From a virus (taxonomy: Duplodnaviria; Caudoviricetes), in IMG/VR virus record IMGVR_UViG_3300004461_001625, positions 1-61,990 of that record: DNA of 61,990 nucleotides; one strand, given 5' to 3'. Below are positions 1-10,400 of this stretch, piece after piece; positions within the stretch are counted from its first letter, which is position 1, and every line of letters starts with the position of its first letter. A program made the translations under genes and the position numbers. The notes below the pieces were generated by a model. That model was not told where the DNA came from. It saw nothing but the letters and a program-made list of their open reading frames with translations, and searched no databases.

Positions 1-27
1 CGCTCTAGCCAGCTGAGCTAATTCCCC
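1..27 (-). tRNA. 5' part of a tRNA, probably tRNA-Ala, truncated by the window edge
   Basis: Reverse complement GGGGAATTAGCTCAGCTGGCTAGAGCG is an acceptor 5' strand with G3 plus a D-arm, like Bacteroidota tRNA-Ala; the anticodon lies outside the window. Confidence 0.8.
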
Positions 28-31
28 GTTG

Positions 32-377
32 TGGTGGAGGTGGTGGGATTCGAACCCACGTCCAAAAAGTATTCATAAAAACATTTCTTACAGCTTAGGA
101 TAAGTTTCTTTAAACTTCCAAAATCAAATTTTGATATTCCATGGCCACAAAATTATAAAGGCTCTATTGGTTGTAATGTTTAGGGTACATTACTAAAACC
201 ACAATCTGCTTCCTTTTACATCTTAGTTATTTACAAGCATACTAATAACATGATGAGCATTACTTACCTACTTAGGCAGCCATTGCTAACTCAGCGTTGT
301 CGGCTAAGATTGATGTAGGTCATCACCCAGTGCTGTAGTTTTTATTTCAATCAGATTGTCAAAAACCGGTCACCCCC
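32..377 (-). ncRNA. ssrA: tmRNA (transfer-messenger RNA)
   Basis: 5' GGGGGTG pairs with 3' CACCTCC-ACCA including a G3:U alanine identity pair; T-arm GGGTTCGAATCCC; internal tag frame at 304..272 reads ADNAELAMAA*. Confidence 0.93.
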
Positions 378-395
378 AATAATTCAAAGAACGAT

Positions 396-725
396 TTATA
401 TATTATAAGTAATTTTAGGATGTAAATGAAATGCTCTATACATTGCTTCGTAAGCTTTCTTAGACCCAAACCTATTTTCTGTTCCTATATGCCATTCAAT
501 CTTTTCATAATCTTCATATGATCTAAATTCTTTATAATCATAAATAGTAAAAGTTGTACCATCCTCTGTTGTCATTTCCCATTCATTTTGAGTTACTTCA
601 TCAGAATCATCATCGTTATACATAACAGGACCACATACCTTTTCCAAATCTTCCTTAGAGGTTTCAAAATAGTGACCATGAAATGTATGATCTTGTAAAC
701 TGGAATTTTCTAATCTTTTTATCAT
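396..725 (-). CDS. hypothetical phage protein
   Basis: 109-aa ORF with the class-3 motif upstream; no family recognised. Confidence 0.7.
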   Translation of the reverse strand: MIKRLENSSLQDHTFHGHYFETSKEDLEKVCGPVMYNDDDSDEVTQNEWEMTTEDGTTFTIYDYKEFRSYEDYEKIEWHIGTENRFGSKKAYEAMYRAFHLHPKITYNI

Positions 726-747
726 CTTATGTATATGTTTAGTATAT

Positions 748-781
748 TATAATTATAACAAACTTTCTCTCTTTCTGAAAG
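748..781 (-). promoter_or_regulatory. putative promoter, class 3 (CTTTCAG-N12-TTTGTTATAATTATA)
   Basis: Identical two-box motif with identical spacing at 19018..19051. Confidence 0.6.
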
Positions 782-782
782 A

Positions 783-1586
783 TTAGTATGGCATTTGTAT
801 ATTTTTATTTTCTTCTGATTTAAACTTTGCAACAAGTTTTCTACAAATAACTTTTAATTCTGTTGAGAATTCTCCTTTATCTATAATCCAATCAATGTAC
901 CTTCCATCCATTTCAAATACTTCTTTAAAAGGTTTACCTTTATTCTTTCCGAAATTAAATACGATTGTTCTCTTTCCATTTATTTCATCAAATTTTAGCT
1001 TACCTCCTAGATCAACTTGATCAGCTCTACGAGTATTTACTACCTTATCAATTTCTTCAGCAGTTTGTGGCATATCATATACTTCTCGTTGTTTTTGAAA
1101 TATTTCCATAGTAGCTCTAACATCAGCTTCAGCTCTATGCGCACCTTCTAAATCTTTACCTGTGAATTTTTTATAAGTATTTGTTAAATCTCGCTTTTCA
1201 TAGTTACTGTATATAAGGAAAGGATCCATTACAGCTCTACCTCTATGGTTAAATACAATACCACATCTCATAAATTCCTCACATAAGAAAGGAACATCAA
1301 AGAATAAGGCATTATACCCTCCTAAGTCACTATCACCAATAAAGTCATTGATTTCAGATGCTACTATTTCAAAGGTTGGTTTATCCTTTAACATCTCTAA
1401 AGATATGCCGTGCTTTTCTTCAGCTTCGGCTCTCATTGCTACATTTCCTGGATTTACTAATTGATTGTAAGTTTCAATCTCATTGCCATCAAAATCTGTT
1501 TTAATCATACAGATTTCAATTATGCGGTCAGCTGTTGTGCTGATTCCTGTGGTTTCTAAATCAAACCAAACTATATTTTTCTTCAT
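783..1586 (-). CDS. dnaQ: DEDDh 3'-5' exonuclease (DNA polymerase III epsilon/DnaQ-like)
   Basis: ExoI FDLETTG, ExoII GYNALFFD, ExoIII HRAEAD; C-terminal FNFGKNKGK extension. Confidence 0.85.
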   Translation of the reverse strand: MKKNIVWFDLETTGISTTADRIIEICMIKTDFDGNEIETYNQLVNPGNVAMRAEAEEKHGISLEMLKDKPTFEIVASEINDFIGDSDLGGYNALFFDVPFLCEEFMRCGIVFNHRGRAVMDPFLIYSNYEKRDLTNTYKKFTGKDLEGAHRAEADVRATMEIFQKQREVYDMPQTAEEIDKVVNTRRADQVDLGGKLKFDEINGKRTIVFNFGKNKGKPFKEVFEMDGRYIDWIIDKGEFSTELKVICRKLVAKFKSEENKNIQMPY

Positions 1587-1618
1587 ACTATTCTAATTAA
1601 CTTTAACTGTTATAAATA

Positions 1619-1646
1619 TTATATAGCTAAAATTAAAGATAGTTTT
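1619..1646 (-). promoter_or_regulatory. putative replication-class promoter (WAAAC-N16/17-ATATAA)
   Basis: One of 11 copies found upstream of non-structural genes. Confidence 0.6.
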
Positions 1647-2079
1647 AAGAATCTGTGATAATTATATCATTAATAACTTCATCTTTTTTAATCTGTTCAA
1701 TTAATTCTATACCATCTATAACATGACCAAATGTAGTATAACTTGAATCCATATCTTTACCATACCATCTACCTAAACAAATAAAAAATACACCCATTGA
1801 TGTATGCTCACTACCAGCATTAGCAGCACTTAATACGCCATAAGCATGAAAATTATTATCTCTACCTCTACGTGGAGGTTTAATTTCATCGTACATATAT
1901 CTTCCAGGTTTTTTTGGCCCTGCTTGAATTATCCAATTTTTTATTACCCGGTAAAAAGTAATACCTTTAAATAAACCTTCATTAGCATTTCCTATAAATC
2001 TACCAACCTGAATTGGTGTTTCTTCATAAAGACGAAATTTTATATCCCCTCTATCCATTTTAAAAGTTGCGTATTTCAT
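1645..2079 (-). CDS. cyclophilin-type peptidyl-prolyl cis-trans isomerase
   Basis: FYRVIKNWIIQAG, GVLSAANAG and YTTFGHVIDG cyclophilin motifs. Confidence 0.85.
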   Translation of the reverse strand: MKYATFKMDRGDIKFRLYEETPIQVGRFIGNANEGLFKGITFYRVIKNWIIQAGPKKPGRYMYDEIKPPRRGRDNNFHAYGVLSAANAGSEHTSMGVFFICLGRWYGKDMDSSYTTFGHVIDGIELIEQIKKDEVINDIIITDS

Positions 2080-2090
2080 AAGTTTTTAAT

Positions 2091-5075
2091 TTAATCAGGT
2101 AATGAAACTGTTATGTCTGCTGTTGCTATGGCTGTTTGCATTTTTCCTGGTAATGAATTGATTGCGCTGTTTAAGCTTCTTAAAGTTTTATCTAATTTGT
2201 TACTGCCTCCTGAACTACCTCCAGAGGATTTAGCAGCTGCACCAGTTCCAGTTATTTTTTCTAATAAGTTAGGACCATCTCCACCAGACTCTGACATCAT
2301 ATCTCTAATATCTTCTACTGCTCTAGCCAATGCTTTATATGCAGATCTGTTTTCGCCTAAGTCATTAGATGCTTTAAATAAATCCCCAAATGCTACTGTC
2401 TTATCAATATCTATTTTATTAATTGAATCTGCAATTTTAGAAATTCCTTCAGCAGCTTTTTCTAATTGTCCTTTTTCTGCAACATCCCCCAATGTTACTA
2501 TGAATGATTTAAAATCATCTAGTTCTTGAGACATTTCAGGATTAGCTGCGTAAAGATCACTGAATGCAGTTCCTATAGAAGTTAATAATTTACCTACTGA
2601 AGCAGCAACAGCTTCTGGTTGAAAATCACCACTGAATGCTTTAAGTCCTGCTGCTATATCAGTTAATGCAGCACCAGCTCCATCAACAGCCTCAATACCT
2701 TTTTGTATTTTATTTTCATCCCAACTAAAAAATAACCAAGAATCAGATTCTTCGTTTTCTGCACCACCAATAGAAGCAAACGCAGAACCAACTAAACCTA
2801 ATGTTGTTTTAATTTTCATAGCAACAGCTTCAGGATCTTCAATACCTGAAAATGTAGATAAAGCTTCTGCAATATTTCTTAATTCAGCACCTGCGCCTTG
2901 TACAGATTCAACACCTTCTGCTACTTTATTCTTTTTAATTCCAAGTAGGCTTCCCCAAAAACCACCAGCCTGTACATTACCTTGATCCGCAACGGCTGAA
3001 AAAGCTTCTTGTACAAAACCAACTGATTTAGATATAGCTGCACCAACTGCGTCAAAGTCTACTTTAGATTCAACTAATTTTTGAAATTCAGTTAAACCAA
3101 TTGCAATATCCTTTAAAGCAGATCCTGCACCTTGTACTGAAGATAATCCTTCTGCTACTTTATTCTTTTTAATTCCAAATAATGATCCAAAGAATCCACC
3201 AGCATCTACATTACCTTCCTCGGCTACAGCAGCAAATGCTCTTTGTATAAATCCAACCGTTTTAGATATAGCATCTCCTAATACAACAAAATCTACTTGA
3301 CTATCTACTAATTTTTGAAATTCTGTTAAACCTACTGCTATACTAGTTAATGCTTTACCTGCACCCATTACAGAATCTATTCCTTTCTTGGTTGCATTAG
3401 GACTAAATGCGTTTCCAAATACAGCTCCAAATAAACCTGTTGGGGTTGCAGCTTCTCCACCTGCTTGTGCAAAGGCTGTACTAATACCAGATAAAACTCC
3501 AGCTAATTGTACACTTTCTTCATCAGTCCAATCTAGTTTTTGATAATCTTTTAATCCTACTGATAATAAACTTAATGCTTTACCTGCAGCTGCAAATCCT
3601 GCGGCAGCCGATACCATAGCAACAGCATCTGCGCCACCACTTATTGCACCACCTATACTTGCAAATATTCCTTTTATTCCTCCACCTTTAGGAGGCCCTA
3701 TAAATGCCGTTTTTACACCAGCTAATGTTGTTGTTAGTTTAACAGCATCTTTTTCTGTAAAGTCAACATTCTTTATTGCTTGTAATCCTGGTGCTAATAA
3801 TAACAGTGCACCACCTATTGCTGCAAATGCAAGAGCTCCTGGTATAATAAATAATGCACCTAATCCTGCTGCTGCAAATTCTAAACCTAACATTAATAAT
3901 AATGCGCCTTGTACTCCAACATCTTCCATTGTAGTATCTTTAGTAGCATGAGCAAATGGAATGTAACCTAATCCAAAGACTAATAAACCTACACCCATAG
4001 CAACCATTGAAAGTGCACCTTGTATAATATAAGAAAATGCAAATCCTAATAAAGCAGTGGCTATTCCTAGGCCTACTAATATTCCTGCTTGTAGTGCTAT
4101 ATCACCTAATGTTGGTTTTGTTAATGCAATTAATCCTGCATAAGCTGCATATCCTAAACCAAATATTGCTAAACCGATTCCCATTACTGCTAATGCAACT
4201 GATCCTTTTTTAACTTGCTTATCAACTAAACCTAAAAGAGCCACTGCACCACCTATTAATATTATAGATCCTGCCATAGTCATCATTAGAGGAAGTCCAC
4301 CTTGCATAACAAAATAAGATACTAAAGCAAAGAGTGCTAAGCCAGCTGCAAACTTGACTAAACCCATACCCATATCAGCCATAGATTCTGCACCACCTTT
4401 AATTTGTTTTTCCGCCATTCCTAATAAAAGAAATAATGGAGTAACTAATATAGTAGTTAAATATAAAATAGGAATCCCTAATGCACCGATTAATAAAAGT
4501 GGTGCAGCTAATGCTAAACTTTTTGCAAATTTAAATATTGCCCCACCCATTGCAGCTAAATTATCAATTCCTGCCTTAACCTTTTTATTATCTTGTTCTG
4601 CTAATTTGGTATATGTTGTTTCGATAAAATCAACAAATTTAGTTACACCTTTCTTAGGGACAATAGCCCAAAGAGTCATTCCTAGTGCAGTTTTAATGGA
4701 CCCAACACCTAATGTTTTTAAGAGTGCTGAATTACCTTCTGCATTAGCATCTCCACCACCACCTTTATCACCTTTAGCAATTTTAGTAGCGCCGTCTTTA
4801 ACAGTTTTTAATATCTTTCTTAATGTAAATACTTGTGCAGCAAATTGAAATAAACCTTTTCCTGTTTGTTGATCAATTTCCTCATTAGACATTGCTATCT
4901 GTTGAAGTAAAAGAGTTTGTTTTTGTAACTCACCCATAATAGCCATACTACCACTACTATCAGACGCACCAGTAGAAACTGCAATAAGAGCATCTAACTT
5001 TTCATTGGTTTGTTGAGCAGCGGCCTCTATCTTAGATAAAGGGTCCATTAAATTCGCTAAGGTTACAGCGGCCAT
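2091..5075 (-). CDS. tail tape measure protein
   Basis: 994 aa, Ala/Gly-rich, long hydrophobic central region, 78-aa internal repeats; lies downstream of tube and chaperone genes. Confidence 0.8.
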   Translation of the reverse strand: MAAVTLANLMDPLSKIEAAAQQTNEKLDALIAVSTGASDSSGSMAIMGELQKQTLLLQQIAMSNEEIDQQTGKGLFQFAAQVFTLRKILKTVKDGATKIAKGDKGGGGDANAEGNSALLKTLGVGSIKTALGMTLWAIVPKKGVTKFVDFIETTYTKLAEQDNKKVKAGIDNLAAMGGAIFKFAKSLALAAPLLLIGALGIPILYLTTILVTPLFLLLGMAEKQIKGGAESMADMGMGLVKFAAGLALFALVSYFVMQGGLPLMMTMAGSIILIGGAVALLGLVDKQVKKGSVALAVMGIGLAIFGLGYAAYAGLIALTKPTLGDIALQAGILVGLGIATALLGFAFSYIIQGALSMVAMGVGLLVFGLGYIPFAHATKDTTMEDVGVQGALLLMLGLEFAAAGLGALFIIPGALAFAAIGGALLLLAPGLQAIKNVDFTEKDAVKLTTTLAGVKTAFIGPPKGGGIKGIFASIGGAISGGADAVAMVSAAAGFAAAGKALSLLSVGLKDYQKLDWTDEESVQLAGVLSGISTAFAQAGGEAATPTGLFGAVFGNAFSPNATKKGIDSVMGAGKALTSIAVGLTEFQKLVDSQVDFVVLGDAISKTVGFIQRAFAAVAEEGNVDAGGFFGSLFGIKKNKVAEGLSSVQGAGSALKDIAIGLTEFQKLVESKVDFDAVGAAISKSVGFVQEAFSAVADQGNVQAGGFWGSLLGIKKNKVAEGVESVQGAGAELRNIAEALSTFSGIEDPEAVAMKIKTTLGLVGSAFASIGGAENEESDSWLFFSWDENKIQKGIEAVDGAGAALTDIAAGLKAFSGDFQPEAVAASVGKLLTSIGTAFSDLYAANPEMSQELDDFKSFIVTLGDVAEKGQLEKAAEGISKIADSINKIDIDKTVAFGDLFKASNDLGENRSAYKALARAVEDIRDMMSESGGDGPNLLEKITGTGAAAKSSGGSSGGSNKLDKTLRSLNSAINSLPGKMQTAIATADITVSLPD
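2880..3370 (-). repeat. 234-nt (78-aa) tandem duplication inside the tape measure gene
   Basis: GLTEFQKLV..VDF..G.AISK.VGF.Q.AF.AVA..GNV.AGGF.GSL.GIKKNKVAEG occurs twice; the DNA block ccttctgctactttattctttttaattccaa is at 2914 and 3148. Confidence 0.85.
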
Positions 5076-5088
5076 TTAGAATTTTATT

Positions 5089-5466
5089 TTATAGTCTAGG
5101 CATTTTTATCGAAGGCATCTTAGGAGCCTTATATTGACTCATATTTTTATTTGCCTGAGATTTTAGCCCATCCATATTGTATTTATCTTGAGTGTCTTTA
5201 GTATTTTGTTGTTCTTGCTTGTTACGCTCTTTCAACAAATCATTATAGATTTCCAAAGTAAATTCATATTCATAGAAAGGCAGCAAATCCAACTCAGTAG
5301 GTTGGAGATGCAACTTTTCTAATAATAAAACTCTAACTTTATAAAAGTTCAGAAGAGATATCTGGAATAATGAAGAGAGCCTTGATACCGCCGGGAAACG
5401 TGAGCGGAACGGTGACCTCCTCACCGCAGCTTTTACATGGGAATCCCATTTCAGGTTTAACACCAA
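5089..5466 (-). CDS. T4 gp51-like tail/baseplate assembly chaperone, probably made as a frameshift extension of the upstream gene
   Basis: SLLNFYK...LHLQPTELDLLPFYEYEF resembles gp51-type proteins; no ATG before the conserved part; overlaps the end of 5339..6337 in the +1 frame. Confidence 0.6.
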   Translation of the reverse strand: MVLNLKWDSHVKAAVRRSPFRSRFPAVSRLSSLFQISLLNFYKVRVLLLEKLHLQPTELDLLPFYEYEFTLEIYNDLLKERNKQEQQNTKDTQDKYNMDGLKSQANKNMSQYKAPKMPSIKMPRL

Positions 5467-6337
5467 CTTTCATATCTTCAGCTAATCTATATACAATTGT
5501 ATATTTTGTAGCATCCCACCCTTGAAAGGATGTAATCTTTGCAAAAATATCTTTTTCATTCCATCCTCTCCACTCTCTTTGTAGATAAGGCAAGATAGCT
5601 AATGTAGATTTATCCCAGCTCTGGTTTTTCTCTTCTCTATCTCTGATATAATCAGTAATCGCCCTCATAACACCGATAGTAGGTGGTGCCATTTTAATTT
5701 CACCATAACTCTTAGTTGCTACAGTATAGCATTTATCAGCAGTATCATAGTATTTTTCAATTGTATCTATAACATTATTAAATTGTAAATTTTCAGTTCT
5801 TAATTCAACAGATTCTTGAGCTTTACAATTATTTTGTTTACAACCTTTTTTACCAACAGGCATCATTAATGTTTGTTCACCTGTTTTAAAAGTTAATTCT
5901 CTAATCGCTAAAATTAAATAAATTCTATCTTCTTCTAAAATATCTTTATAAGATCCTCTTTGATTACCATACAGAATTCTAGTACATGAAAGTACAATGT
6001 TATTTAATCCATCATCAACTTCTTTTAAGTTATTTTCATCTACAGTAGAAAAGGATCTAATCTCAGCAACCTTTGCAGCCCTAATATGAATTTCAAAATC
6101 ATCTCTGTAAAATTTACCTTTAGATGGAAATTGGCTTAAATTTAAAGCAGTGTAACCTACCATTGAATTTAATCTTTTTATTTCAGGATCATCTGGAGAA
6201 GTATGATCCATTTGTCTACTAACATCAACCTTTCCTAATTCTGTAACTACTTCTTTAGGTGTTTCTGTAGCTTCTACTGCAATACCTTCAGCAGCAGCAA
6301 ATTCTTTTTTAATATTTTCTTCGTGCTCTTTTGACAT
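5339..6337 (-). CDS. T4 gp26-like baseplate hub/tail assembly chaperone
   Basis: LSQFPSKGKFY, EDRIYLILAIRELT, C-terminal CKSC; located between tube and tape measure genes. Confidence 0.7.
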   Translation of the reverse strand: MSKEHEENIKKEFAAAEGIAVEATETPKEVVTELGKVDVSRQMDHTSPDDPEIKRLNSMVGYTALNLSQFPSKGKFYRDDFEIHIRAAKVAEIRSFSTVDENNLKEVDDGLNNIVLSCTRILYGNQRGSYKDILEEDRIYLILAIRELTFKTGEQTLMMPVGKKGCKQNNCKAQESVELRTENLQFNNVIDTIEKYYDTADKCYTVATKSYGEIKMAPPTIGVMRAITDYIRDREEKNQSWDKSTLAILPYLQREWRGWNEKDIFAKITSFQGWDATKYTIVYRLAEDMKVGVKPEMGFPCKSCGEEVTVPLTFPGGIKALFIIPDISSELL

Positions 6338-6339
6338 TT

Positions 6340-6810
6340 TTAATTGTTTTTTATTAATTGTTTTTCAATTTTATTTTCATCAACAATATGTTCTACTATT
6401 AACTGTCTTACATACCTAGAAATTGCTACAGGCTTTATACCAGTTTCCATTGATTTTTGTATAATTATTGTATTTAAACTATCCTCATCTTCAGGTGTTA
6501 ATAAAACCTGTAATTTTTTAGTAAGCCTTCTTTTTTGTGGAATAAGTTCTTGTACCGTTTCATTAAAACCGTACTTAGGATTATCAGATTTAAATTTTTG
6601 AATCCAATATTCAACTCTTTTTAAAATGTTACCTAAAGATTCATTACTGTCAAAAGATTCTAATACTTCTCTTTTAAATGATGTTGTACCAAAATCTTTA
6701 ACGGCTCTTTTAATATATTTTCCTGTTCCAAAGTTATTAGGATTATCATTTACTGAATATCCTACATAAACTTTATTTGTTTTATTCTGTTGTAGTTTAT
6801 AGATTATCAT
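6340..6810 (-). CDS. GIY-YIG (Seg-like) nuclease domain fused to a putative ribbon-helix-helix domain
   Basis: IIYKL..KVYVGYS, GTGKYIKRAVKDFG, E.WI and GFNE motifs; C-terminus KKLQVLLTPEDEDSL...AISRYVRQLIVEHI. Confidence 0.6.
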   Translation of the reverse strand: MIIYKLQQNKTNKVYVGYSVNDNPNNFGTGKYIKRAVKDFGTTSFKREVLESFDSNESLGNILKRVEYWIQKFKSDNPKYGFNETVQELIPQKRRLTKKLQVLLTPEDEDSLNTIIIQKSMETGIKPVAISRYVRQLIVEHIVDENKIEKQLIKNN

Positions 6811-6851
6811 TTCTATATTATATATTTTATATTATATATTAAGGAGTAAGC

Positions 6852-6885
6852 AAAAAAACTGGGAATACTTTAATATTCCCAGTTT
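6852..6885 (-). terminator. intrinsic terminator after the tail tube gene
   Basis: 12-bp stem AAACTGGGAATA/TATTCCCAGTTT followed by a T tract on the minus strand. Confidence 0.85.
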
Positions 6886-6895
6886 AATATTTAAT

Positions 6896-7450
6896 TTATG
6901 CTCCTACGTTCTCTTCAACCCAGTGATCACAACGATAAGTCATTGTTAATTCAGCAGGATCTTGAGTTTCATAATTCAATTCATCTACAAAATCAGGTTG
7001 TCCTGTTGGGAATACATCTTTAAATGTAATCTTTCTGAAGATATCTCCTGCTCTGTTATATTGAACTACGATCATACTTCCAACATAATCTTTCTTTAAT
7101 CCCATTTCACCAGTTAATGGATCATAGATTAAGTTATTCCAATTACGGAAAGTATTATAAATGTAGTTTTCGTTAGCTTCATTTAAGTTAAGACTGAAGT
7201 TAAGTGTTAAATCAACAAACGTCTGAGCTGGCATACCTGCATAAGATCTATCAGCAAACTTATATTTTTGATTTACAGCGTCTATTGATGGATTCAAATT
7301 ATTTAATCCTCCTATAGATTTTACTTGCTCTAAGATTAAACCCGTATCATCCCCTAGTGGTGAAAATACAGTCACCTCAAATAGGTTAGGCTGAATAGGT
7401 TCATACCTTTGGCTACTGGCCCTTGATTGGGTATAATGTGGTAGTGGCAT
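6896..7450 (-). CDS. tail tube protein (T4 gp19-like)
   Basis: PNLFEV, FRNWNNLIYD, GLKKDY, VVQYNRAG, FKDVFPT; directly downstream of the sheath gene. Confidence 0.85.
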   Translation of the reverse strand: MPLPHYTQSRASSQRYEPIQPNLFEVTVFSPLGDDTGLILEQVKSIGGLNNLNPSIDAVNQKYKFADRSYAGMPAQTFVDLTLNFSLNLNEANENYIYNTFRNWNNLIYDPLTGEMGLKKDYVGSMIVVQYNRAGDIFRKITFKDVFPTGQPDFVDELNYETQDPAELTMTYRCDHWVEENVGA

Positions 7451-7466
7451 ATTTTATTTGTTTTTT

Positions 7467-7475
7467 TATATATTC
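7467..7475 (-). promoter_or_regulatory. putative late promoter GAATATATA
   Basis: RATAWATA motif recurring upstream of virion genes, similar to the T4 late TATAAATA. Confidence 0.6.
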
Positions 7476-7490
7476 GTCTTCTTTAACTTC

Positions 7491-10400
7491 TTATTGGAAG
7501 TTTCCTGTACTAATTGCACCAGTTCTTAAAATAGTTGTTCTCTGTACAAGAATTTCCATTCCTCTCGTTGGTTCAATATATGTATCTAAGATACCTACGT
7601 TTTGATCAATAACTTCTGGTGTGTTATTAGTTTCATCCATTATATTTCTATAATCATAAACACCATCATCATTTTGAACAGTTGCCAAGAAGTTATCAGC
7701 TAATGTTTTAATTTCTAATCTTGTCTGGGCTGTATTAAATTCAAATAAGTAGTTTTTAAGGATTGCTTCAATACCATCTTGGATATAAATTACAACCTCT
7801 CTAACGTTAATTGAGCTTAAAGCAGATTTTGGAACCTGTTGTGCAGTTTTATTTGCAAATATAGTTGGTCCTGTTCCACTTTGGAATACAATCGGATTAA
7901 TTCCGAATGGCTCTAAGTAATAACGATCATCTTGGTCAAGATTAATTTCTAATCCTACAACCCCATTTCCTCCTATTACTCCACGTCTTACACCAGCCAC
8001 GATTGACCACGGTAAAGCATTTTCATATTTAAGAATAAAGTTATTAGATACATTTGCAGCAGGAGGAACACTTATGTTCTTTCCTAAATCTCTAACAGTT
8101 AAGAAAGGATAATAATATCCACCCCAAGATCCACCACTTGTAGAGGCAGGTAATGAGAACCTAATAGTTGGATTCAATGCAAGATCTCCACCTTCAGATA
8201 TAAACTTAGAAGATAAACCACCAGTTGCATCAGAGAAGCTTGGATTAGTATTTTTCTTAAAGTCTTTAGCAGATGGGGCATTAACAATCGCAAACGCATT
8301 TTTTCTACTCATACATAAGTTTGTATAGATAGCTTTACAATTTGCTTCAATTCCATTTCCATAAGTATCTACTAAATAACGGAAATTAATAGTTTCTCTA
8401 TCAATTAAAGCTTTATATAAATTAGTTCCACCTAATATTGGACTTAAACATTTATTTTGTCTAGAGTTTGTTCCATCTGGTACATGTTTATCTTTATCTA
8501 ATGCAAAACCTGGTAAAAGAAATACGTTAAGGTAATCTACCCAAGAATCAATTGGATAATAAACCTCTACTGTTTTTTGTCCTCCAGCGCCACCTATTGC
8601 AGTTACGCTTATTTCAGATTGGCATGTTACCTTTACACCTTTTACACCTGCAGGTAAAGTAGATAGAATTGGATATTCTGATGCAGTTAATCCACCTACT
8701 ACAGTATTAATTCTTGTTAATCTTGAGTGTGGTACAGTAACAGATCCTTCAGAATGTACTAAATAATTTCCTACAACGATATCAGCAATTTCTGGTGAGT
8801 TATCTGCTATAAGTATTTCATTCGGCTTTAATGTAGGTTCATTTAAAGTATCACCTTGAATATTTACAGTAAGGTTAAGAGCGCCTTTTAAAGTTTGTAC
8901 TGCTAAACAATTAGCAGCTGCATAAGTAGTACCATCAGATTGTAAAAATAATCCAGCACCATCTAAAGTAAATTGAGATTGTGGTGTTAGATTACTATAA
9001 GAATCTTCCTCGTAAGCAGTAATCTTTACAGCAGGTAAATTATATGCTGGATCAGATATTGCAATTTTATTAACTGCTTCTGTTGGAACTCCTGTATGAA
9101 TATATCCATAATCTATAGAATTCATTACTAAATATGAAGTATATTGAATTCCTCCTTCTACATAAACAGCTTCATCACCATCGGTTAAAGTTCCGTTAGC
9201 AAATTGTTTTTGTAACATGGATCCATAAGAACCTATAATACCAGCAGCACCGCCACTTGCATTTTCATTTACTACAAAATCAAAGTCAGCTTCATTAATA
9301 TAAGTATAAGCAGCAGTCGGTAATGTAGAAAAATCAGATGCCTGTACTCCACCAACGTCAGATAATAATACAGTTACAGTACCACCTATTACTTGGTGAG
9401 AAATTACTGGAACGTATTTATTAAGTACAGTATCGAGAATAAATGTACCTACTAAAGAAGATGTATTAGCGCGCATACCAGCAAATGCATCATATATAGC
9501 ATCACCCGTTACACCTGTTACTTGGATTTGAACCCCATTAAATGAAGATCCTTCTTGAACAGTTATAGTATTACCGGCATTTGTAACCAAAGTTCCCGGT
9601 TCAATCTTTCTGCAATATGTTAAATCAGAAACAATTGATCCACTGTATGATAAGAAATTAACATCATCTTGGATTGAAGTGGCTTGAGTATATTCAATAT
9701 TATGTCCTATCATATCAATTCCACCAGGTACACCATCTATTAATGTATCACCATCAAATAAATCTTCATTTACGGTAACAAATAATCCAGTACTTGCAGT
9801 ATCAGCATTAACAACTTTTTCAACAAAAAGGTTATTACCTAATAAATCTACAAAGTCAGGAAGTAAACATGCAGTATATGTTGCTTGTAATGTTACTTCT
9901 GTTTCATTAAAGAATTCTTGTAATAATGTATCACTAGAATCAGAAGTAAATTTCTTTCTCTTTAATCCTTGTGTTGGATCGAAATACTTTTGAAATAATG
10001 GATCTGCATTAAATCTAGAATAAGGAGTTGTAGTACTAAAGTCTCCACCAAAATTACCTTGTAATACAAAGATGTCTACAAAAAAGTCAGATATTAAACT
10101 ATCTTTGTTTAAATATCCAGGTACATTTGCAGCACCATACCATTCTTCAACAGTTACTTGATAAGGTAATACATTTGTTGCAGCAGATTTTTTAACAATT
10201 ACAGATATAGGATTTTGGCCTAAATTTGTAACATCTAATAAATCATTTACTGTTAATGAACTTAACTTTGTTTGATTTGCACCAACATTTGTTAAAAAAT
10301 CAGATGTTGATGGAAACCAAAATTTATCTCTGTTATAAAACTTTGCGTATTCATAATCAGCACCGATGTTTGCTTGTGTTTCTGGTGTTGCGGCTGTTGC

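Noticed and set aside
2113-4848. Plus-strand ORFs 2113..2529 and 4354..4848
   Set aside because: Antisense shadows of the tape measure gene with no recognisable motifs
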